Origin: an uncultured Fibrobacterota bacterium
Lineage (GTDB): Bacteria; Fibrobacterota; Chitinivibrionia; Chitinivibrionales; FEN-1185
Assembly (NCBI GenBank): GCA_963729895.1
Contig: CAVSQB010000022.1
Span: 32,001 to 96,000 of the forward strand
Direction: 5' to 3'
DNA: 64,000 bases
Shown: positions 10,518-20,165 of the stretch, in pieces
Layout: each line of letters opens with the position of its first letter
Numbering within the stretch: the first letter of the stretch is position 1
Position numbers and translations under genes: made by a program
The notes under the pieces: generated by a model
What the model was told of the DNA's origin: nothing
The model's database searches: none
The model's input: only the letters and a program-made list of their open reading frames with translations

Positions 10518-11153
10518 ATGACTACGCTCCCGCCCGTCAGCTCCTCGGAAAAAATCGACAAACAGAATGCGTGCGAAAACTGTCTCCGTCCGCGCTCGCA
10601 GTGCATCTGCCGCGCAGTGGCGCCCCTGCAAAGCGCCACAAGAGTCCTTGTTCTTCAGCATCCGCAGGAACAGTACAAGCTGCTCAATTCGGCACTGCTG
10701 CTGCACCTGGCGCTGCCAAATTCCGTTGTGCGCGTCGGATTGTCGTGGCGGAGTTTTTCCCATGCGCTCGGAGGAGACGACGCGCCGCAGGAGTGGGGAG
10801 TTCTGCACCTGAGAGGCGTTCGGGAACCCACGCGCACCATCGAGATCTTCAGCCCAAAGAACCTGCTCTTGCCGAGAAAGAGCAGGTTCAAAGGAATCAT
10901 CGTGATCGACGGCTCGTGGAAGCAGGCAAAAACGATCTGGTGGAGGAATCCATGGCTCCTCAAACTGAACCGGATCACGCTGAACCCGGACCACCCGTCC
11001 CTGAGGGGGCAGGCAAAAAGGCAGGGCCTTGCCACAATCGAGGCGGTTGCGCTTGCCTTTGACTGCCTTGGAGAGAATGCCGCTGCGGGCGAATCGCTGC
11101 GGAAGCAATTTGAAGAATTGATTATCCGGCCCAATGCGGCGAATCGCGGTTGA
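10518..11153 (+). CDS. DTW-domain protein (tRNA aminocarboxypropyltransferase-like)
   Basis: CxxCLRPxxxCIC, LVLQHPQE, IDGSWKQA (DTW motif), LATIEAVA. Confidence 0.85.
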   Translation: MTTLPPVSSSEKIDKQNACENCLRPRSQCICRAVAPLQSATRVLVLQHPQEQYKLLNSALLLHLALPNSVVRVGLSWRSFSHALGGDDAPQEWGVLHLRGVREPTRTIEIFSPKNLLLPRKSRFKGIIVIDGSWKQAKTIWWRNPWLLKLNRITLNPDHPSLRGQAKRQGLATIEAVALAFDCLGENAAAGESLRKQFEELIIRPNAANRG

Positions 11154-11184
11154 CGCGACGCGCAGCCGCCTCACACACCCGGCT

Positions 11185-12429
11185 TTATTTCAGCGATTCC
11201 TTTACATCGTAGAACATGCCTCGCGGCTTGAGAAACGCGCACAGTCCGCGTTTGCCGAGGTCCAGAAATACCCGGTGTTTTACCGCAAGGACAACCAGGT
11301 CGTAGGCGCCTTTTCCGGGTTTGTCGATCGGCCGTATTCCGTACTCAATCTCCACCTCTTCGGGATCGGCAACGGGTTCCCATACATCAACGTGGATGCC
11401 GAATTCGCCGAGCTCGCGCATGATGTCAACGACCTTGGAATTGCGGATGTCCGGCACGTTCTCCTTGAACGTGATGCCGAGCATCAGCGCGTTCGTGTCC
11501 TTTACGCATAATCCTTCGTTGGTCATCTTCTTCACGATCTCGCGGCCGAAATAACGGCCCATCGCATCGTTGATCCGCCTGCCCGCCATGATGATCTGCG
11601 GGTGATGGCCGAGCTCTTCGGCTTTGTAGGCAAGGTAGTACGGGTCCACGCCGATGCAGTGCCCGCCCACGAGCCCGGGCTCAAAGGGAAGAAAGTTCCA
11701 TTTGGTCCTCGACGCGGCAAGCACTTCGGAAGTGGAAATTCCCATTTTGTCAAAAATGATGCGCAGTTCGTTCATGAGCGCGATGTTGATGTCCCGCTGG
11801 GTATTTTCGATGACCTTTGCCGCCTCGGCCACTTTGATGGAATTCGCCCGGTATACGCCGGCCTTGATCGCCGCGCCATATACCTGCGCAACCGTTTCGA
11901 GTGTTTTTGGAGTGTCGCCCGATACGACTTTGGTTATTTTCGAAACCGTATGCTCCCGGTCGCCGGGATTGATGCGCTCGGGTGAATAGCCGACAAAAAA
12001 ATCCTTCTTCCACTGCAGCCCGCTCTCCCGTTCGAGAATGGGCACACATTTGTCTTCGGTGACGCCCGGATACACGGTAGACTCGTAGACGACAATGGCG
12101 CCTTTTTTCATGTGCCGGCCCACCGTTTCGGACGCCTTGACAACCGGCGTGAGGTCGGGAATCTTATGATCGTCGATGGGCGTGGGCACGGCAACCACGA
12201 TGAAGTCGGCCTTACCCACCGCGGCAGGATCGCTCGAATATTCGATCTTGACGCTTTTGAGCACCTCGGAACCCACCTCGCGGTTCGGGTCCTTGCCCTT
12301 CTTCAGAACGGCAATCCGTTTTTCGCTGATGTCAAAACCGTATACCTTGAAATGTTTCGCGAATTCAACGGCCAGCGGCAGGCCGACGTAGCCGAGACCG
12401 ACCACGCAGAGAACAGGGCCCTTGTTCAT
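11185..12429 (-). CDS. Nucleotide-sugar (UDP-GlcNAc/GalNAc) 6-dehydrogenase, WbpO/TviB-like
   Basis: VVGLGYVGLPLA, ESTVYPG, YSPERINPGD, ENTQRDINIA, GGHCIGVDPYYL. Confidence 0.92.
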   Translation of the reverse strand: MNKGPVLCVVGLGYVGLPLAVEFAKHFKVYGFDISEKRIAVLKKGKDPNREVGSEVLKSVKIEYSSDPAAVGKADFIVVAVPTPIDDHKIPDLTPVVKASETVGRHMKKGAIVVYESTVYPGVTEDKCVPILERESGLQWKKDFFVGYSPERINPGDREHTVSKITKVVSGDTPKTLETVAQVYGAAIKAGVYRANSIKVAEAAKVIENTQRDINIALMNELRIIFDKMGISTSEVLAASRTKWNFLPFEPGLVGGHCIGVDPYYLAYKAEELGHHPQIIMAGRRINDAMGRYFGREIVKKMTNEGLCVKDTNALMLGITFKENVPDIRNSKVVDIMRELGEFGIHVDVWEPVADPEEVEIEYGIRPIDKPGKGAYDLVVLAVKHRVFLDLGKRGLCAFLKPRGMFYDVKESLK

Positions 12430-12536
12430 ATGAGCTCCGGGGTGAAAGACGGGATATGTAAAAATATTTCGGCGTGCGAATATTTGCAACAAAGGTTCCC
12501 TTCGCGTGCCGTCTCTTCGCACCGCCTGCCGGGCAT

Positions 12537-12569
12537 AAAAAAGGCCTGCGCGGATTGAAAGCGCAGGCC
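12537..12569 (-). terminator. Probable intrinsic terminator downstream of fcl
   Basis: On the - strand a 9-bp stem ggcctgcgc/gcgcaggcc is followed by T6. Confidence 0.65.
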
Positions 12570-12636
12570 GGCGGATTACCCGGAATCACGGACGCTGGTT
12601 GAATAGCAAGCGTTATCGCACGGAAAAGGCCCCGAT

Positions 12637-13590
12637 CTAGAATCTCCCCTGTTTGTCCTTGTCCCCGAGCATCTTCAAAAAGTCCTGATACGCAAGCTTG
12701 ATTCCTTCTTCCAATCCTATTGAATGCCGCCAGCCCATGCTGTGAAGTTTCGAACAGTCCAGCAGCTTTCTGGGCGTGCCGTCGGGTTTCGTAACGTCGA
12801 AATCGATGTCGCCGCCATAGTCAACGGCTTTCTTTATTGTCATTGCCAATTCCCTGATGGTAACTTCTTTGCCCGAACCGATATTCACGATGTCGTTTCC
12901 GTCGTGCTTTTCCATGAGAAAAATGCAGGCATCCGCAAGATCGTCGGAATAGAGAAACTCCCGCGTCGGATTCCCGGTTCCCCAAATGGTCACCTTCGGC
13001 GCCTTGGCCGCCTTTGCCTCGTGAAACCGCCGGATGAGGGCAGGCAGGACGTGCGAATTCAACGGATGGTAATTGTCGTTGGGACCGTACAGGTTGGTGG
13101 GCATGACGGATATGAAATTCGTGCCGTATTGCCGGTTGTAACTCTGGCACATGATGATACCGGCGATCTTGGCCAATGCGTACGGCTCGTTCGTCGGCTC
13201 GAGCTTGCCCGACAGCAGGCTGTCCTCGTTCATCGGCTGCGGCGCGTATTTGGGATAAATGCAGGATGACCCAAGAAACAGGATTTTCTTGACCTTGTAT
13301 TTCCAGGATTCGTTTATGATGTTCATTTGAACCTGCATGTTGCTGAATATGAACTCCGCGGGAAAGGTGCTGTTGGCGTAAATACCGCCTACCTTTGCCG
13401 CGGCAAGGAACACGTACTCGGGCTTTTCGTAGGCGAAAAAGACCTCGACGGCATGTTGGTTTGTCAAGTCAAGCTCCTGACGGGTCTTTAACACCAGATT
13501 GTCGAATCCCTTGTGCCTGAGTTTGCGGACAAGAGCGGATCCGACGAGGCCGTTATGGCCGGCGATGAAAATTTTAGAGGAGGGGTGCAT
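12637..13590 (-). CDS. fcl: GDP-L-fucose synthase
   Basis: [72 protein letters not shown]. Confidence 0.95.
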   Translation of the reverse strand: MHPSSKIFIAGHNGLVGSALVRKLRHKGFDNLVLKTRQELDLTNQHAVEVFFAYEKPEYVFLAAAKVGGIYANSTFPAEFIFSNMQVQMNIINESWKYKVKKILFLGSSCIYPKYAPQPMNEDSLLSGKLEPTNEPYALAKIAGIIMCQSYNRQYGTNFISVMPTNLYGPNDNYHPLNSHVLPALIRRFHEAKAAKAPKVTIWGTGNPTREFLYSDDLADACIFLMEKHDGNDIVNIGSGKEVTIRELAMTIKKAVDYGGDIDFDVTKPDGTPRKLLDCSKLHSMGWRHSIGLEEGIKLAYQDFLKMLGDKDKQGRF

Positions 13591-13659
13591 ACTGCTCCTT
13601 AAGAAATATCTTATTGCTGATAGGTTTCCACAAGATCGCTGCTGCACTCGCTAGGGGAT

Positions 13660-14824
13660 TCAAGGCCATAATTTTCCTTTTATTTTGCTGACGGGAATTG
13701 CAGTGATGCCGGCATTGATCTCAAAACTATCACTTCCGGGGTAAATGACAAACCCCTTCTTGCACCCAAGCGATTTATATCCTTCAAAAAACCCCCTCGA
13801 CGGTTGAGGAGCTGAGGAAAGCTTGATTTCAATGGCTATCGGTTCAGGTGCAAAGCGCCCCTTCAGCAGCAAATCAATTTCCGCGCCGGAAGATGTCCGA
13901 TAAAAAAAGGCCTCATACCCCTCCGGCAGAACGGAAAGCACTTGTTCGATGACCCATCCTTCCCAGGAGGAACCAGCCGAGGGGTGACCCAGCAGGTCTT
14001 TGTAGCCGCCAATACCCAAAAGCGCGTGCAGGATCCCGCTATCGCGTATGTAAAATTTTAGGAGACTTAACGAGCCTTTTGCCGAGGTTGGCATAATAGG
14101 GGGTTAGTTGACGAATAATAAACGTGTCCGAAAGAACGTCCAGATAATGCCGCGCGGTGGGCGCGGTGACCCCAAGGCTTCCGGCGATCTGCGTGGCGTT
14201 CCACATTCCCCCGTGAACGTGCGCGGTCATCGCCCAAAAACGCCGCAACATCCCGGAAGGGACGCGGACCCCAAGCTGGGGAATGTCCCGCTCCAGGTAG
14301 GTTTGAATAAACGCATTGCGCCATTCGATGGAAGCCGCATCGGTGGAAGAAAGCAGGCTTAGGGGATACCCGCCGCGCAGCCAATGGATGGACATGTCCT
14401 TGATTGCGGAACCTGCTTCGTCAAAAGAGAACGGCCCGAGTTCGTGGTAGCAGATGCGGCCGGCAAGACTTTCCGAAGACTGTTTAAGCAGGTCCGGCGA
14501 AGCAGAGCCGAGAATGAGAAACCTGCCGTTCCGACGGCGCCGGTCAATGAGCGCCCGGAGTACAGGAAACAGGTCCGGACGCCTCTGGACCTCATCAAAG
14601 ATCACCAACCTGTCTTTGTGGTTTTCCAAAAAAAGCTCAGGTTCGGAAAGCTTGAAGATATCCGTCGGAAGTTCCAGGTCGAGAAAGAGGGGCTCGGGCG
14701 AACGCCCTTGCTGAACCATCCTTGCCAAGGTCGTTTTTCCGCACTGGCGGGGCCCGATAAGCCCAACAACCGGAAAGTTTTCAAGTGATTTTTCAATTAA
14801 CGATTGTAATGATCGATGAATCAT
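13660..14824 (-). pseudogene. AAA-ATPase (AAA_14 + DUF4143-type C-terminus), frameshifted
   Basis: GPRQCGKTT, FDEVQ, LGSAS, RGGYP in 14039-14824; FYIRDSG...WEGW...FYRTSSGAEIDL...IEIK in a second frame. Removing one base from cctaaaattttac (~14050-14062) restores RLVKSPKFYIRDSG. Confidence 0.85.
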
Positions 14825-15669
14825 GGTTGAAAAATAAAAGGCTGCCTTTCGATTTGCAATGACATTTGGTGACTAATCTCTTTTGATGATGAGGTGAAAT
14901 TGGGTAGGGTTTGGCTATACCCCCGAAAACTTGCTCATTTGAGAAGGGAGTTTTCCGAGTTATTTTAAACTAACTAGGAGGACTCATGAAAGGTGCCCAG
15001 TCCGCGTAATTTGACCGGTGTATCCGGATTAATTTGACCGGACGGATGTCTTTACAGAAAGCGATTTACGGTAATAATATAAATGTTTCCATGTGTCCGG
15101 TCATTTTGCGGCGGATTTTGATTTGTTTTTTCGCATCGAGTCTCCTTCCAGGTTAAATTTTATGGCACCGTGTGTCAGGCGGTCGCAGACAGCGTCTGCC
15201 ACGGTAGGATCGGGCAGTTTCAGGTGCCATTTGTCGACCGGGAACTGAGTGGTAATGATGATGGATCCTGCCTGTTCTTTCTCTTCAATGACGTCCAGGA
15301 GCGGTCCGGAGTCGATTGATTCGATTGGCTGCATAAGAAAATCGTCGAGTATGATGACTTTGGTTTTTGCGAGCTTTTTCAGGTAACGCAGGTACATTCC
15401 GGTGCCTTTGGCGGCATGGATTTCTTCGAAGAGGATCGGGTAACGGATTTTGATTACTGAGAAGCCCATGATGCAGACTTGCAGGCCGATAGCCTCGGCC
15501 AGATACGTCTTTCCGCATCCGGTAGAGCCGGTAATAATGATGTTCTGCGAGTTGTTGATCCATGTCGCCGTGGTCAACGGCATGAGATCTTTTTTCATAA
15601 ACCCTCTGGATTGATTGTACGTGACATTTTCGAGGGTTGCCTGTTCGGGTTTGAAGTTTGCGTGGCCGA

Positions 15670-16974
15670 CGTGTTGCCTCATAATAAAAGGTAACCGAAG
15701 GGTCAGATTCGATGCCTCACAAATGAGGTAACCGTAACAAGGTTGAAAATGGTTTTGAGTTTTCTTTCGATAGTCTTTTTTAATTGGAATGGATTGAGAG
15801 CACGGTGGGTCAGTTCAAGGCTTTGCTTGACTTCTGAAGCTATGTAAGGTGATTCAACGATTCTTTGATAGGGAGTTTTCGGTTCTTCATAGGTCTTGCG
15901 GTATCGAGATCCTATCCGGATTTTAGATTTGAGTTTCAGCGATGGACAGAAGTGGTTTTGATAGAGAGACCACTCGTTGGCATAGAGGTCGTTAATGAGG
16001 GGAAGCGTGTCGGGGTTTTCGATCCGATCATAACCAAGCATGTGCCTGGCCTGCGCCCAGTTTTTCTGTTCGACATGGGCGTTGTCGTTTTTCTTGTAGG
16101 GACGTGACCGGGTGAACTTTACAGGGTCTTGTCGCACGGCGAAGTAGCGTTCGAGATGATAGTTGAGGAACTCGGACCCGTTATCACAGTCAAAGCCACG
16201 CAGGGCAAAAGGTATTCGTCGTTCGATGTCTTTAACCTGCTCAATGACACCCTGGGAGCCCTTATTCCACACAGCACGGCCTTCGGTCCAAGCAGTATGG
16301 ATGTCAGTCATGATAAGGCTCCACACAAATTCTCCGGCAAGGCTGGTGCCGCAATGGGCAACCGTATCCGCCTCCATGAATCCAGGCTGGGTAATATCCC
16401 AGTTGTCGGTACGGATGGGGATTTGATTGCGCAGCATGGAGCCGGGCTTGGTGCCGCACAATCCCTTGCCCATACGCGTACGTAAAGGGCATAGGACGCG
16501 GTCAAGCGTGGAGCGGCTGACAGAGAGGAGCCGCGCACGGACTTCCTCGGAAAGCAGTTCAAAGGATTGTTCGTAGAATGGCAGCCATACTGGAATGACA
16601 ACCTTAAGGCGGCGAGAGCACATGAAATCAGAGGCTTTCCAGATGTACTGTAACGCCTTAATAAAAAGCGGTTCAGCATATAAGGGTCTTCTTCCACGCT
16701 TGGCTTTTTGTTTCTGTTTGCGTTTTCCAAGTAGCCGGATAGCGTACTTGCGATTGTATCGGCAAATCGCACAAAACTCATCGAGAATCTGCTTTTTGCC
16801 GGCTCTGTTGGAATGGGCATATCGTTGTCGTATCGCTTCCCGATATGCTTCTTTTTCTTTGTGCCCCATAGTGGTAACCCCCTTTTTTCTTGGGTTACCT
16901 TAATTATGAGGCAACGAATCAATTGGTGCGTGTTTCGATTAAGCCTTCGGTTACATTTAATTTGAGGCAATGCG
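15670..16974 (-). mobile_element. rve/integrase-type DDE insertion sequence (IS481/ISNCY-like) inserted in istB
   Basis: Imperfect terminal IR cgtgttgcctca / tgaggcaatgcg, doubled subterminal motif tgcctca-N8/9-ggtaacc; TSD ccga (or gccga) at 15666-15669 / 16975-16978. Confidence 0.88.
15703..16869 (-). CDS. DDE transposase (integrase core), intact
   Basis: 388 aa; PGFMEADTVAHCG, DCDNGSEF, SRPYKKNDNAHVEQKN. Confidence 0.92.
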   Translation of the reverse strand: MGHKEKEAYREAIRQRYAHSNRAGKKQILDEFCAICRYNRKYAIRLLGKRKQKQKAKRGRRPLYAEPLFIKALQYIWKASDFMCSRRLKVVIPVWLPFYEQSFELLSEEVRARLLSVSRSTLDRVLCPLRTRMGKGLCGTKPGSMLRNQIPIRTDNWDITQPGFMEADTVAHCGTSLAGEFVWSLIMTDIHTAWTEGRAVWNKGSQGVIEQVKDIERRIPFALRGFDCDNGSEFLNYHLERYFAVRQDPVKFTRSRPYKKNDNAHVEQKNWAQARHMLGYDRIENPDTLPLINDLYANEWSLYQNHFCPSLKLKSKIRIGSRYRKTYEEPKTPYQRIVESPYIASEVKQSLELTHRALNPFQLKKTIERKLKTIFNLVTVTSFVRHRI

Positions 16975-17174
16975 CCGATCATGCGGGAGAGCCTCCGGTT
17001 TTTCCGGGCATTGTATTCGTCTTCGACCAGAAGGGCGAAGAACTCCTCCGGGGCCAGATCACGGTTGTTGCCGCCGGCCAAACGTGTCTGCAATGATTCG
17101 GCCATTGCCGAGAGTCGCATGGATTTGAGCTGTTCAATGACGTTTTCGATATGCATAGAAGTTCTCTTTTCCGG

Positions 17175-18746
17175 TTACTGGTTGATGTAATACTGTGGCC
17201 CGCGTATGTTTTCATGAACCACGGGCGGTTGGCTTTGCGTGGGCAGCGGTAAAAAAGTCTGGTTGTCCAGGTGCTGCTCAAGGATTGTTTTGATGGCTTT
17301 GAGCGTTGTCGATTTGTAATAGGTAGCTCTTTGACATGCTCTTTCGAGTCTCTGCGGCGAGTATACTTTTGCCAGTCGCAAAACGCCCATGACGGCGTTA
17401 AAGCCCTGCTGAACATGGTCTCTTCGGTTCATGATCTGCCAGGCCGCTTCGGCGGTTGCCGGACCGATCTCAGTCGCTTTGGCGATGAACCACTCTTTCG
17501 ACCACCCTTTGACAAACGCATGGCTTGGCGGCATATGTTCGGTTGTCGTGGCGTATCCGAAGTTCGGCGGGCCTGCCTGATGGCGGCAGACATGGATATT
17601 GTCGTGATAGATTTCTATGATCGGGCCGATCTGATATACGTCCACGCGCTGCGTTGCAAGGTAATGCGGTACGCTGTAAAAATGATCTTCGAACCGGATG
17701 TGGTAATTATGGCCGACCAGCACGTCGAGCTTCACGAGGGATATCTTGAATGGCTCGGCAGGCAGTTGCTGGGCATAGGGCTTATCCAGCTCTTCGAAGC
17801 GCTGCCGTCTCGTCTGGCCGCCATACTCCTTCATCGGGCGGTTGTTGAGCGCTTCCAGTTCTTCCCGTATTGCGACATTGACCTCATCCAGAGAAAAGAA
17901 CTGCCGGTTGCGCAACCGAGCCAGGATAAAACGCTGGGCCTGCAAAACGGCGCTCTCCACAATGGCTTTGTCCTGAGGCTTCAGCACCCGTGCGGGAAGA
18001 AACGCCACACGATAATGATCTGCCATCTTCCCGTAAACGGGATTTGCGACCGGGTCGTACCGGTCGGATTTCTTAACCCCGCTTTTGGTATTGTCCAGAA
18101 CAAAAGCGAATGGCGCAACGCCGAAGTACTCAAGGCCGTGCACATGGGAGAGGGCAAAATCACGCGTCTTCTGGCTTTCGCTTCCTTCGGCAAACGTGAA
18201 GCTGCTGGCACCCCAGGCGCAAACAAAAAGATCGACAGCGATGATTTCCCCGGTACGGCGATCGATATACTCCAAGCCATCGCCGGAGTAATCGGAGAAC
18301 ACCTTGTCCCCGCCTTTATGGATTACCTTCATGGTAATCTCCGGCGGACGGTGCCGTGCGACATGATCGTAAAATGCCGTGCGCTTCAAACCATCGGGAT
18401 GCTGCTCGGCATATTCCTCCCACAGGCGCTGCAGCGTGACGTGTGGCCGAACGAGTTCTTTCTCAATGTATTTGACATCGGGCAGCCGAAAGGCGGGTGT
18501 GTCGTCAGGCGGCGGCACTGGTGGAAACAACGCAGCCTCAAGCGCCGTGTCCGTCAGCGTATCTGGCAGCGGCCACGGAAGCTTCGACAGTTGAAACCGC
18601 TCCAGGTAGTTTATGACGCTGCCCTTGGACAGCGATAGCGCAAGAGACGTTTGCTCCGCGCTGATGTTCTTTGATAACCGGTACTCAAGTACCTGGCGAA
18701 TCTTCCGCATAGGCGTTCTCCCTCTGCTCATATCGTCTCCCTTCAA
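17175..18746 (-). CDS. istA: IS21 transposase IstA
   Basis: N-terminal HTH, HKGGDKVFSDYSG, VLDNTKSGV, PARVLKPQDKAIVESAV, HFYSVP. Confidence 0.95.
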   Translation of the reverse strand: MKGDDMSRGRTPMRKIRQVLEYRLSKNISAEQTSLALSLSKGSVINYLERFQLSKLPWPLPDTLTDTALEAALFPPVPPPDDTPAFRLPDVKYIEKELVRPHVTLQRLWEEYAEQHPDGLKRTAFYDHVARHRPPEITMKVIHKGGDKVFSDYSGDGLEYIDRRTGEIIAVDLFVCAWGASSFTFAEGSESQKTRDFALSHVHGLEYFGVAPFAFVLDNTKSGVKKSDRYDPVANPVYGKMADHYRVAFLPARVLKPQDKAIVESAVLQAQRFILARLRNRQFFSLDEVNVAIREELEALNNRPMKEYGGQTRRQRFEELDKPYAQQLPAEPFKISLVKLDVLVGHNYHIRFEDHFYSVPHYLATQRVDVYQIGPIIEIYHDNIHVCRHQAGPPNFGYATTTEHMPPSHAFVKGWSKEWFIAKATEIGPATAEAAWQIMNRRDHVQQGFNAVMGVLRLAKVYSPQRLERACQRATYYKSTTLKAIKTILEQHLDNQTFLPLPTQSQPPVVHENIRGPQYYINQ

Positions 18747-18803
18747 TGGTGAAAAGAGACGATATAGGTGAATCCGGGAACGCTTCCTGAAAAATCATCC
18801 GTC

Positions 18804-18915
18804 CGGTCAAATAAAAGCGGATTTGCCGGTCAAATTGAACCGGATTGATCGGTCATTTTGATCCAGATTCGGCGGTCAAATTGAGGCGGATTAGTCGGTC
18901 ATTTTGGGGCGGATC
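18804..18915. repeat. Five tandem 23-bp IS21 end repeats (IstA binding sites)
   Basis: cggtca at 18804, 18827, 18850, 18873, 18896; inverted counterparts tgaccg at 15012 and 15035. Confidence 0.85.
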
Positions 18916-19180
18916 AGTCAAAAGGCAAGCGCTACAGTGAAGAGCAGATTTTTCGGATCCTGCAAGAGGGCGACCGCGGAGCCAAAGTCGCTGATCTTTG
19001 TCGTCAATATGGTATTTCAGAGAACACGTACTTCCGTTGGAAGAGCAAATACAGCGGACTTGAGCTCTCTGATCTGAAAAGGATGAAGGAGATCGAGGGC
19101 GAAAACAGCCGGCTCAAGCGGATTGTTGCAGACCAGGCACTTCAGATCGATGCAATGAAGGAAGTGCTGCAAAGAAAATA

Positions 19181-20038
19181 GTGAAGCGTCCTCAGCGTAG
19201 GCTGACTGTGGACGCACTAATGCGGCAAGGCCTGAGTCAACGGAAAGCATGCGGACTTCTGGGTATGACACCGGCAGGGTACCGCTATCGACCGCAGGAA
19301 TCGGCTTTGAACAGCGAGTTGAAAACAAAAATGCATGAAACCATTTCATCGTTCCGTTCATGGGGCTTTCCGACGCTTTATTGGTATCTCCGCAACCTTG
19401 GGTACATAGTAAATCACAAACGTGTGCATCGGCTCTACAAGGAAGAATCGCTTCAGAAAAGCAAGCGGAGGAGGCGTCAGAAACGCAATAGCCAACGGAT
19501 GCCGTTGACGCTGCCGGATCGGCCAAGCCGTCGCTGGTCAATGGATTTCATATTCGACAGTACTTCCGACAAGCGCAAGCTGAAATGCCTGAATGTTGTC
19601 GATGACTGCACCCGTGAGGCTCTTGCAATCAAGGTAGCACGTTCTATTCCAGCACTAGGAGTCTGCCAAGTTCTAGACCACCTGGTGGCCAGGTACGGAA
19701 AGCCGGAAGCTCTGTTGACTGATAACGGCCCGGAATTCCGGAGCAAAGAACTCATGCTCTGGGCAATACGAAACCAGGTAAGGCAGGAATTCATTCAGCC
19801 CGGCAAGCCCAGCCAGAATGCTTTTGTAGAATCATTCAATTCGATATTCAGGGACCAATGCTTGAATGAAAACTGGTTCATCTCATTAGAGGACGCAGAA
19901 AGAATAATCGAACATTGGAAGAACATTTACAACCGGATACGGCCACACGGATCACTAAAGGGGAAAACACCTGAAGAATACAGAGGTCAATTCAAAGAGA
20001 AAACTCCCATTTCGACTGAGAAAGTAATTGGGGTATAG
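19181..20038 (+). CDS. IS3 OrfB transposase (copy 1)
   Basis: WSMDF, VVDDCTRE, TDNGPEF, QPGKPSQNAFVESFN; same protein as 42976-43833. Confidence 0.95.
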   Translation: MKRPQRRLTVDALMRQGLSQRKACGLLGMTPAGYRYRPQESALNSELKTKMHETISSFRSWGFPTLYWYLRNLGYIVNHKRVHRLYKEESLQKSKRRRRQKRNSQRMPLTLPDRPSRRWSMDFIFDSTSDKRKLKCLNVVDDCTREALAIKVARSIPALGVCQVLDHLVARYGKPEALLTDNGPEFRSKELMLWAIRNQVRQEFIQPGKPSQNAFVESFNSIFRDQCLNENWFISLEDAERIIEHWKNIYNRIRPHGSLKGKTPEEYRGQFKEKTPISTEKVIGV

Positions 20039-20087
20039 CCAGGTTCGCGATAAGAGTTTGAAAAAACTTTTTCATGGGGCTTCAGCG

Positions 20088-20147
20088 TTAAGCGGAGCCG
20101 ACGAGGCCGTTATGGCCGGCGATGAAAATTTTAGAGGAGGGGTGCAT
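20088..20147 (-). pseudogene. Truncated duplicate of the fcl 5' end (19 codons + TAA)
   Basis: 20091-20147 matches 13534-13590 at 56/57 nt; reads [19 protein letters not shown]. Confidence 0.9.
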
Positions 20148-20165
20148 GAGTGTGTCCTTTGTGGA

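Larger units (their letters stand above)
15101..17156 (-). pseudogene. istB: IstB ATPase split by a nested IS (pieces 16975-17156 and 15101-15669)
   Basis: N-part MHIENVIEQLKSMRLSAM...RRLSRMIG joins HANFKPEQATLE...GSTGCGKT...ILDDF...AVCDRL. Confidence 0.92.
14994..18920 (-). mobile_element. IS21-family element inserted in IS3 orfA
   Basis: TG...CA ends; 5-bp TSD aaagg (14989-14993 / 18921-18925) rebuilding atgaaaggcaagcgc; istA+istB; subterminal 23-bp repeats. Confidence 0.95.
14912..20041 (+). mobile_element. IS3-family (IS407-group-like) element, copy 1, interrupted by an IS21 in orfA
   Basis: Ends tggctataccccc...ggggtatagcca; 4-bp TSD ggtt (14908-14911 / 20042-20045); near-identical to 42639-43836. 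Confidence 0.95.

Noticed and set aside
17271..18638. Long antisense ORFs (also 726-1628, 7984-8826, 57233-58129, 62685-63401)
   Set aside because: Shadow or alternate frames of well-supported genes in GC-rich DNA; no recognisable motifs.
18804..18915. Tandem 23-bp repeats as a CRISPR array or iterons
   Set aside because: No spacers or cas genes; they sit at the IS21 end with inverted partners at the other end, as expected for IstA sites.
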